A stretch of DNA of 56,190 bases, taken from sequence record SRR31156797_1365. The stretch is one strand, 5' to 3'. A program made the position numbers and the translations under genes. The notes below the pieces were generated by a model. The model saw nothing but the letters and a program-made list of their open reading frames with translations, was not told the DNA's origin and did not search any database. Shown here one piece after another: positions 49,183-56,190 of the stretch (the stretch's first letter is position 1; each line of letters opens with the position of its first letter).

Positions 49183-51465
49183 CTATATCAACTTAGCTTC
49201 TTTAAACGCCATTACCAGCTTTTCAGGATTTAACGGTAAATTGTTGAATTCAATACCCGTGGCATTAAACACTGCGTTTCTGATGGAAGGTGCTACAGGA
49301 ATTGCCGGAGGTTCACCAAGGGATTTATTGCCGTACGGACCTGTAGGGTCATAGGTTTGCGCAAAATCAACATTTAATTCTGGTGTATCCATGGATGTAC
49401 CAATTTTATAATCTAAAAGGTTGCCGTTTAGAAGTTTACCCTTTTCATTGTACAGCATTTGCTCACACAGCGAATAACCAAGCCCCATGCTCATACCCCC
49501 ATGAACCTGTGCCTCAGCCAGCTGAGGATTTATTATTCTGCCGCTGTCATGAACATTTATTATATTAAGTACTTCAATAGTTCCCAGCTCCATATCTACG
49601 CTGATTTCAGCAAAACATGCACCAAAGGAAAATGTGTTCTCATGACAATTAACTGAGCTTTCAGCAGAAATATGTAAAGCATTATCCATATTATAGAATG
49701 CATCAGTAGCCAGTGCTTCCATTGTCATAAGTACTTCTTTAGTATCTTTATCAATGATATTACTGTCAGCAATATCAAGCTTTTCAACTTCAATATCTAA
49801 AAAGACTTTCGCATAATCCAGTATTTTTTCTCTTAGTATTTCTGCTGTTTGCTTCACAGCTTTACCAGCAACATAGGTCTGTCTAGATGCATATGCCCCT
49901 AGGTCAAATGGTGAAATATCCGTATCCTGTGTGGAGACTATATGAACATCATCTAGTTTTAATCCAACAGTTTCTGATGCCATCTGGCTAAAGACTGTAT
50001 CTGCTCCCTGTCCTATTTCCGTCGCACCCATCATCAGCTGTACTGAGCCGTCTTGATTTAGCACAAGTCTGCAGCTGGATATTTCCAGTGAAAAAGGATA
50101 CACTCCTGTTTTGTAGCAGAATATAGACATTCCAACTCCACGTCTAATATTCCTATCTTGATTCTTATACTTTTCTCTTTTTTTATCCCAATCAACATGT
50201 TTTTTGCCTGCTTCAATGCACTCAGCAAGTCCTGTGGAATAACAATAAATATCCACACCCTTGCTTTTGTAGCCCTCCACCATCATATTTTTCATTCTGA
50301 ATTCAATAGGATCAAATCCCATTTTATAAGCAATATTATCCATATGAGATTCACAGGCAAAGGCTATCTGAGGTATTCCGTAGGCACGCATAGCACCACT
50401 GGTACCAAGGTTGGTGTATACTGTGTATACATCTGCCTTAAAGCCACCTGTCTGGCTGTAAATATCACTGTAATTCTTAACAGAATTTCGGACAACCGAA
50501 TGACCATGAGAAGCATAGCCGCCCTGATCAGAGATCGCCTCAATATATCGTGATACCAATCTGCCCTCTTTAGTAATAGCGGTTCTGAGCTTGAACTGCA
50601 TAGCATGGCGTGATCTGGTACACATAAAAGTCTCTTCACGTGTTAATTCCAGCTTAACTTTCCTTCCGCCAGCTTGGACACATAAATATGCAAGCAATGG
50701 CTCATAAAGGGCATCCTGCTTGTTACCAAAACCTCCGCCGACATATGGCTTAATTATCTTCACCTTACCCCAGTGAATGCCAAGAGCCTGTCCAACTATT
50801 CTTCTGACTATATGTGGAATTTGTGTAGAGGAAACCACTACTATGCGATTATCCTCCATATATGCATACGAAACTGCATTCTCAAGATGACAATGCTGTA
50901 CTCTGGGAGTTGTAAATTCGTCTTCGAATATCACCAGTCCATCCTGCTCTAGTGCTTCCTCATAACCATCATAGCTGTATGATTCCTTTGCAAGAATATT
51001 ATTATCATACCCTTCATGCAGCTTTGTTGCTTCATCAGCCATCGCCTGACGTGGTGAGACAATAGGCTCATATTCTTCATACTCTACCTTAATTACCTTT
51101 AGAGCTCTGTTTGCAGAAATATCATCCTTTGCAATAACAGCAGCTATATCATCTCCGTATATGCGAACCCGACTGTTCAGCAGCTTTCTATCCTCAATAT
51201 CTCTATGAGATTCATCCAGTGAATAAGGATGACCAGGTGTGCCAAACTCAATATCAGGCACATCAAAACATGTAACTATCTTAATTACTCCGGGAACCTC
51301 CAAGGCATCAGCAATATCTATAGATTTAACCAAGCCATTTGCTATTGTACTATGTAATACTTTGGCAGTTAATACATTCTCATCACAAAAATCAGCAGTA
51401 TAAAGTGCTCTGCCTGTGACCTTGCCAACGGCATCTACTCTCTTTACGCTCTTTCCTACTCCCAT
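49183..51465 (-). CDS. xdhA: Xanthine dehydrogenase-family molybdenum-binding subunit
   Basis: GGGFGNKQ, AMRAYG, EIGQG, AYASR, QVHGG, KSLGEP motifs. Confidence 0.92.
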   Translation of the reverse strand: MGVGKSVKRVDAVGKVTGRALYTADFCDENVLTAKVLHSTIANGLVKSIDIADALEVPGVIKIVTCFDVPDIEFGTPGHPYSLDESHRDIEDRKLLNSRVRIYGDDIAAVIAKDDISANRALKVIKVEYEEYEPIVSPRQAMADEATKLHEGYDNNILAKESYSYDGYEEALEQDGLVIFEDEFTTPRVQHCHLENAVSYAYMEDNRIVVVSSTQIPHIVRRIVGQALGIHWGKVKIIKPYVGGGFGNKQDALYEPLLAYLCVQAGGRKVKLELTREETFMCTRSRHAMQFKLRTAITKEGRLVSRYIEAISDQGGYASHGHSVVRNSVKNYSDIYSQTGGFKADVYTVYTNLGTSGAMRAYGIPQIAFACESHMDNIAYKMGFDPIEFRMKNMMVEGYKSKGVDIYCYSTGLAECIEAGKKHVDWDKKREKYKNQDRNIRRGVGMSIFCYKTGVYPFSLEISSCRLVLNQDGSVQLMMGATEIGQGADTVFSQMASETVGLKLDDVHIVSTQDTDISPFDLGAYASRQTYVAGKAVKQTAEILREKILDYAKVFLDIEVEKLDIADSNIIDKDTKEVLMTMEALATDAFYNMDNALHISAESSVNCHENTFSFGACFAEISVDMELGTIEVLNIINVHDSGRIINPQLAEAQVHGGMSMGLGYSLCEQMLYNEKGKLLNGNLLDYKIGTSMDTPELNVDFAQTYDPTGPYGNKSLGEPPAIPVAPSIRNAVFNATGIEFNNLPLNPEKLVMAFKEAKLI

Positions 51466-51664
51466 ATTCTCACCCCCAAAAGGTATAAATACGTTCCTTA
51501 TATTATGTTTTGCAAATTGTTAAAAAACGGATTATTATATTTTATCAAAAATTATAGTATTTTACAAACTTTTTACTACTGGAATATCAGTACACAATAA
51601 ATATCTGTGTTATGTTATAATTATTCTGCTAGTACAATAATGGTTTTAAAAGGAAAATAGATTT

Positions 51665-52252
51665 ATGAAAATTAGTTTGGTGCTTCTGGCAGCAGGTTCT
51701 GGCAGCAGATTCGGCAAAAGCAAACTGGAGGCAAAAATAAATAACCGTCTGATGATTGAATATATATTATCAAGTATTCCTATAGACGCTTTTTCCCATG
51801 TGACTATTGTTGCAGCTAACACAAATATACTAGAGATTGCAAAAGCATACAAAATAAATGGCATAATAAATAGTGAACCAAGCCAAGGAATATCCAAAAG
51901 CATAAGAATGGGTACAGAAATTATCCGAGACACTGATGCATGTATGTATTGTGTTAGTGACCAGCCTCTGCTGTCAAAATCAACCATGCTTGATATGCTG
52001 AATTCATATAAAAAAAATACAATACTGTCCCTCACATGTAATGGACAACGAGGAAATCCAGTAATTTTTCCATCATTTTTATATGATGAGTTGATGATGC
52101 TCAATGGACATGAACCTGGACAAAAAGTCATTAACAATCATTTAGATATTCTAAAACTCCATGAAATTACTGACAACACTCAATTAATGGATATCGATAC
52201 AAAAGAAGATTACGAAATGATTAAAAAAATCATCAATAAAGAACCTTCATAA
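51665..52252 (+). CDS. mocA: Molybdenum cofactor cytidylyltransferase (MobA/MocA family)
   Basis: LLAAGSGSRFG..KL, DQP, RGNPVIF, DIDT motifs; divergent from xdhA. Confidence 0.82.
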   Translation: MKISLVLLAAGSGSRFGKSKLEAKINNRLMIEYILSSIPIDAFSHVTIVAANTNILEIAKAYKINGIINSEPSQGISKSIRMGTEIIRDTDACMYCVSDQPLLSKSTMLDMLNSYKKNTILSLTCNGQRGNPVIFPSFLYDELMMLNGHEPGQKVINNHLDILKLHEITDNTQLMDIDTKEDYEMIKKIINKEPS

Positions 52253-52742
52253 GTCCATTAAGTACCCTATTATTATTTTCACTTGTAACTTCGATAATTT
52301 GAACGTCTTGGCGTGAAGCAATACTGTTTAAAAAAGGATTGTCAGTCTGCTTTATTACTCCCAACACATTAATATCAGCATCCAGACACTTAATTATTTC
52401 GTCTTTAAATTTCTCACAATCTTTTTCCAATACTCCTATTTCATCCATGATAACTAAATCAGCTTTGTTGGAGTTTCTCAGAAAACTTACACCCAAAGTC
52501 TCAAATACGCTTTCATAACACTTTAATGATTTGTCTTCATGGCAGTCACCTGCTTTATTGCTTATGTTAAATATGAACTCTTTATCATTGATATCCAGCA
52601 AATATATACCAAAAAAATTATCCCAAGGCATCTTAATTCTAATAGTCTTATATCCTGCTAGTACTCCCCTATATCCCTTTAGGAACTCATTTATTATTGT
52701 AGTTTTGCCTGTGTTTATTTCCCCTGTCAAAAATATATTCAT
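52233..52742 (-). CDS. Nucleoside triphosphatase (NTPase_1/THEP1 family)
   Basis: FLTGEINTGKTT, GYKT, VIMDEIG motifs; ATGA overlap with the ABC ATPase. Confidence 0.82.
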   Translation of the reverse strand: MNIFLTGEINTGKTTIINEFLKGYRGVLAGYKTIRIKMPWDNFFGIYLLDINDKEFIFNISNKAGDCHEDKSLKCYESVFETLGVSFLRNSNKADLVIMDEIGVLEKDCEKFKDEIIKCLDADINVLGVIKQTDNPFLNSIASRQDVQIIEVTSENNNRVLNGLMKVLY

Positions 52743-53521
52743 TTGCTTATTGGCAAGTACAGTAAATGCTTGCCTCCGTTTTCATCCTCACTGCGTATTG
52801 TCTGCAAAGGTAAATCGTACGCTTTCTGTATTTCGTTTTTTGAAATCATATCCTCAATATTCCCAAAAATACTGTAACCTTTCGAATCAATCAGTAAAAT
52901 TTTCGAATCATCGGAATAATTATTTATCACATTATGAGTGGACATAAATACTATCTGTCCCATTCTAGTAAGTTCATTAATGGTCTTTACAACCTTTGCT
53001 TTGTTTTCAAAATCCAGTCCAGTCAGTGGTTCATCCATAATTATAAGCTTTGCCCTCTGGCATAGTGCCCTTGCAATCAAGACCTGCTGTCTCTCTCCTC
53101 CACTTAGCTCCATATACTCTCTATGCAAAAGATTCTGAATCCCCAGTGCTTCAAGCGATTCGCCAACTATCGTATAATCCTCTTTTTTTGGTGTGGAAAA
53201 TCTATCAATATGGCAGGTTCTACCCATTAACACAATATCCTCTACCGTATAGTTAAATGCAGGAACATGATGCTGAGGGATATAGGCAATACGCTTTGCC
53301 AACTCAATATTACTAAATGAATCAATATCCACTCCATCTATCAATATCTCACCAGACATTCTTTTCTTGTACCCTATTATCATATTGAACATGGTGGTTT
53401 TACCGCTTCCATTTGGTCCTAAGACATATATCATATCCGAGTCATTCACCCTAAATGAAATATTATTTACAATAGCTCTATCACCATATCCGCCAATTAA
53501 TTTATTTACGATTACATCCAT
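52739..53521 (-). CDS. Type II ABC importer ATPase (FepC/BtuD/MolC-like)
   Basis: GPNGSGKTT, YIPQ, LSGGERQ, MDEP, STH motifs. Confidence 0.92.
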   Translation of the reverse strand: MDVIVNKLIGGYGDRAIVNNISFRVNDSDMIYVLGPNGSGKTTMFNMIIGYKKRMSGEILIDGVDIDSFSNIELAKRIAYIPQHHVPAFNYTVEDIVLMGRTCHIDRFSTPKKEDYTIVGESLEALGIQNLLHREYMELSGGERQQVLIARALCQRAKLIIMDEPLTGLDFENKAKVVKTINELTRMGQIVFMSTHNVINNYSDDSKILLIDSKGYSIFGNIEDMISKNEIQKAYDLPLQTIRSEDENGGKHLLYLPISK

Positions 53522-54525
53522 CAGCTTTTCTTCCCCTTCTTAATAAGCATATAAAAGAACGGAGCACCAATGAACGCTATGGCTAATCCTATAGGAATCT
53601 CAACTGCAAACAACGAGCGTACTATATTATCCATTATAAGCAGAAATATACCTCCTAACATAGCTGATACTGGAAGCATTTTCCTAAACTGAGGACCTAC
53701 CAATGACCTGGTAATATGAGGTATCATCAAGCCTACCCAGCCAATTAGTCCTCCTAGACATACTGCGGCAGAACATAATAGAGTTGAACCGGCTATAACA
53801 CCTATCATAGCTTTTTTCGTATCCAAGCCCATACTGCTTGCTTCTACATCGCTTAGTGATAAGACATTTATCCTGAATCTCATCAAAAAGATTATTATCA
53901 AACCGACTGCCATAAATGGAACTGCGAAATAAACTGAATCAATATCTACCTTTGAAAGGCTTCCCATCAGCCAATGAGTCATCTCTGGCAGCTGATTGGA
54001 TGTATCTGCAATATATTTAAACATAGATGTAATTGAGTATGCCAAAGTTCCCACAAGGGTACCTGACAGAATCAAGCTCACTCTGCTGTCAAACTTAACG
54101 TTTCGGCTGATAAAGTATGCAATAGTCACAGCTAATGTACCACCTGCAAATGCAAACATCTGAATATACAAATAGCTTAAATTAAGAAGTATAGCTGCCG
54201 ATGCTCCCATACCTGCACCTGATGCTACTCCCAGAATATCAGGAGAAACAAGAGGATTCTTCAGCACTCCCTGATATGCTGCTCCTGAAACTGATAAAGA
54301 TGCACCGATTAAATATGCTGCAATAATTCTGGCAATTCTTAAATTCAATATCACCCCAAAATTATTATCATCTGTATTTCCTGATATTACATTGAATACA
54401 TCAAAGATATTCATTTTGTAATATCCGAAGCCCAGAGATAGTATTAACAGTGCAATACTTAGTATTATTAAAATAAATGTCAAAGCTCTGACATTCTTTA
54501 TTCTGCTGTTATGGAATACTTTCAT
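53521..54525 (-). CDS. Type II ABC importer permease (FecCD/BtuC/MolB-like)
   Basis: NPLVSPDILG, WLMGSL, GLIGWVGLMIPH, EIPIG..GAPFF motifs. Confidence 0.92.
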   Translation of the reverse strand: MKVFHNSRIKNVRALTFILIILSIALLILSLGFGYYKMNIFDVFNVISGNTDDNNFGVILNLRIARIIAAYLIGASLSVSGAAYQGVLKNPLVSPDILGVASGAGMGASAAILLNLSYLYIQMFAFAGGTLAVTIAYFISRNVKFDSRVSLILSGTLVGTLAYSITSMFKYIADTSNQLPEMTHWLMGSLSKVDIDSVYFAVPFMAVGLIIIFLMRFRINVLSLSDVEASSMGLDTKKAMIGVIAGSTLLCSAAVCLGGLIGWVGLMIPHITRSLVGPQFRKMLPVSAMLGGIFLLIMDNIVRSLFAVEIPIGLAIAFIGAPFFYMLIKKGKKS

Positions 54526-54541
54526 TTCTTCTCTCTCATAA

Positions 54542-54570
54542 TTGACAATACCAAAAATTGGTGATATTAT
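54542..54570 (+). promoter_or_regulatory. Sigma-A promoter for binding protein-modE
   Basis: TTGACA-17-TATTAT with an extended TG. Confidence 0.72.
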
Positions 54571-54572
54571 TT

Positions 54573-54602
54573 AAGCGTTATACTAATAAAACAATAACGC
54601 TT
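54573..54602. promoter_or_regulatory. ModE-type operator
   Basis: AAGCGTTAT-N12-ATAACGCTT; the 24-bp core CGTTAT-N12-ATAACG has the same geometry as the ModE consensus CGnTATATA-N6-TATATAnCG; modE lies 1.1 kb away. Confidence 0.8.
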
Positions 54603-54619
54603 TTAACTTTAATTGTCAA
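54591..54619 (-). promoter_or_regulatory. Sigma-A promoter for permease-ATPase-NTPase
   Basis: Minus-strand TTGACA-17-TATTGT; the -10 overlaps the right arm of the operator. Confidence 0.65.
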
Positions 54620-54648
54620 TAGCGGAAGTTGAGGGGGAGAGACTTAAC

Positions 54649-55716
54649 ATGAATATAAAAACAAACATCTTTCGACGCATAATACTTACATTAATAATAC
54701 TAATAATGGTATTTTCAGTAACTGCTTGTACTACTGGTTCAACTAATAGCCAAGATGAAACAAAAACAATTGTAGATATGGCTGGCAGAGAAGTTACTAT
54801 CCCAACGAGTCTGGAAAGAATATATGCAGCTGATGCAGGCAGTATGATATTGGTATATACTGTTGCGCCTGAATATTTAATTGGCTGGTCATATGAATTC
54901 AATGAAATGGAATCACAGTATATTCTGTCTGAATACCTAGACCTACCAGTGCTGGGCATGGGCTCCCAAGTGAATTATGAGGCAGTATTAGCAGAAAATC
55001 CACAAATTGCAGTATTATCTGGGTCAGCAAATGATACTTCAATTGAAAAAGCAGATAATCTAGAAGAGAAGCTGGGGATTCCTGTTGTAGTTGTAAACCT
55101 TGAACTATTATCTTACCCAGAGGTTTATTCTCTGATGGGTGATGTGATAGGAGATAATGCCAGAGGAGATGAATTAAGTGAGTATGCACAAAATACGCTT
55201 GATTCAATAGTAGAAATCCCAGAAGACGAACAAGTGACTGTGTATTACGCAAATGGTACAGATTCACTAAATACATCTGCCAGAAACACTGCTGCATCTC
55301 AGCTGTTTGACATAATCTATTCATTTAATGTATGTGATTTAGAATCCGAAACAGGTGATAGACTGCAGGTAACTAAAGAACATCTGCTGACATGGAATCC
55401 AGACTACATATTTGTAAATGGTGAACCAAAAGAAGATATTTCAGGAAAGACTGCAGCACAGGCTATATACGACAATGTTGATTATGCAAATCTTAATGCA
55501 GTAGTATCAGAAAATGTAATTAGTATTCCCAAAGCACCATTTGCTTGGGTTGACAGACCTAGAAGTGTCAACAGACTAATAGGAATAAAGTGGCTGGGTT
55601 CTATAATGTATCCTGAACACTACAACTTCCAAGAAGATGATATAAAGGAATTCTATAAGCTATTCTATCATATGGATTTAACTGACGAACAGGTTCTTGA
55701 TTTGCTTAGCCAATAA
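54649..55716 (+). CDS. Class III (BtuF/FepB-like) substrate-binding lipoprotein, probably for molybdate/tungstate
   Basis: Signal peptide with lipobox VTA-C; VDMAGREVTIP, NYEAVLAENP, WNPDYI, PFAWVDRP motifs; start moved to ATG 54649 after GAGGGGG; substrate inferred from context only. Confidence 0.85.
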   Translation: MNIKTNIFRRIILTLIILIMVFSVTACTTGSTNSQDETKTIVDMAGREVTIPTSLERIYAADAGSMILVYTVAPEYLIGWSYEFNEMESQYILSEYLDLPVLGMGSQVNYEAVLAENPQIAVLSGSANDTSIEKADNLEEKLGIPVVVVNLELLSYPEVYSLMGDVIGDNARGDELSEYAQNTLDSIVEIPEDEQVTVYYANGTDSLNTSARNTAASQLFDIIYSFNVCDLESETGDRLQVTKEHLLTWNPDYIFVNGEPKEDISGKTAAQAIYDNVDYANLNAVVSENVISIPKAPFAWVDRPRSVNRLIGIKWLGSIMYPEHYNFQEDDIKEFYKLFYHMDLTDEQVLDLLSQ

Positions 55717-55731
55717 TATACGAGGTGCGTT

Positions 55732-56091
55732 GTGCCAAAAAATGATTTCAGCTATACTCTAAAACTCAGAATATACAAAGATGAAAAATTCTTTGGTACA
55801 GGTATTGCCCAGTTGCTTGAAAATGTAAACGAAACGCACTCATTAATGCAGGCAAGTAGAAATATGTCTATGGCTTATACCAAGGCACTGCAGATAATAA
55901 AAAGAGCTGAAAATGCATTAGGATATAGACTTCTTATCAGAAAAACCGGCGGAAAATCCGGAGGCGGCTCATACCTAACTGATAATGCTATTGAGCTGCT
56001 AAAGATATATCGAAGCTTTGAAGAAAGTATAGAATCCTTTGCCTATAAACAATTTCAAATTTTAGTAAAAGAAATGGATAAACTGCAATAG
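55732..56091 (+). CDS. modE: ModE family winged-HTH regulator lacking TOBE domains
   Basis: FFGTGIAQLL..SLMQASRNMSMAYTKA..LG..L..GGKSGGGSYLT pattern; GTG start after GAGGTG. Confidence 0.88.
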   Translation: MPKNDFSYTLKLRIYKDEKFFGTGIAQLLENVNETHSLMQASRNMSMAYTKALQIIKRAENALGYRLLIRKTGGKSGGGSYLTDNAIELLKIYRSFEESIESFAYKQFQILVKEMDKLQ

Positions 56092-56100
56092 TTTATCCAT
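56074..56100 (+). terminator. Hairpin spanning the modE stop codon
   Basis: ATGGATAAACT-gcaat-AGTTTATCCAT perfect 11-bp stem. Confidence 0.55.
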
Positions 56101-56190
56101 CTAGCTTATAGAAACATGCAAGAATAGTATGAAAACAATTCATTATAAATTAAATTTAGTAAATGTTCATTTCTTCTCTTGTCTTAAAAC

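Noticed and set aside
48023..49354. 201-aa and 127-aa plus-strand ORFs
   Set aside because: Antisense shadows of the xdh subunit genes
51466..51664. Purine riboswitch or identifiable operator upstream of xdhA
   Set aside because: AT-rich with no purine-aptamer core and no convincing palindrome
51646..52137. 163-aa minus-strand ORF
   Set aside because: Antisense to mocA, which has clear family motifs
54526..54648. Cobalamin riboswitch or Fur box ahead of the BtuF/FecB-like transporter
   Set aside because: The 123-bp gap is filled by two promoters and a ModE-type palindrome; no B12-box or GATAATGATAATCATTATC-like sequence
6584..55324. The remaining short ORF-track entries nested in or opposite called genes
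   Set aside because: All overlap well-supported genes, lack convincing RBSs and show no recognisable motifs
1..56190. CRISPR arrays, tRNA/rRNA genes, transposases, integrases, prophage or defence genes
   Set aside because: No regularly spaced repeats, no RNA-gene-like GC-rich segments in the intergenic gaps, and no ORF with such motifs

Overview
AT-rich chromosomal segment of an anaerobic Firmicute, most likely Clostridia (inferred from gene content, sigma-A promoters, GGAGG ribosome-binding sites and a T-box). About 52 intact genes, mostly on the minus strand. I found no CRISPR array, prophage, transposase, rRNA or tRNA. Blocks in order: lgt/zupT/D-lactate dehydrogenase; a LacI-controlled sugar/alditol catabolic cluster (class II aldolase, LacI, FGGY kinase, GatD-like dehydrogenase, aldo-keto reductase, FucU/RbsD mutarotase) with three copies of the operator GCGAAACGTTTCGC; truA; a corrinoid methyltransferase cluster (PocR-AraC regulator, two corrinoid proteins, an MtaA/URO-D-like enzyme fused to a CxxC thioredoxin-like domain, a CobW-type GTPase); FAH-kdgK-eda-IclR; GT2 plus WecE; aldehyde dehydrogenase; two MFS transporters; citrate synthase; a complete T-box-controlled trpE-GD-C-F-B-A operon; an ABC-2 exporter; a PfkB kinase; class II ribonucleotide reductase nrdJ; a BON/OmpA plus TM-HhH-HhH gene pair resembling mycobacterial arfAB; xdhABC-amidohydrolase-ade; mocA; and a BtuCDF/FecBCD-fold ABC importer with an NTPase and a TOBE-less ModE around a ModE-type operator. 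Best candidates for undescribed biology: (1) a PTS-independent aldose -> alditol -> alditol-P -> ketose-P pathway, possibly for L-galactose; (2) the methyltransferase-thioredoxin fusion with an altered zinc motif; (3) the Arf-like envelope pair in a clostridial genome; (4) a ModE-regulated type II molybdate/tungstate importer with an accessory NTPase. All functional calls come from motif recognition by eye; no database searches were run.
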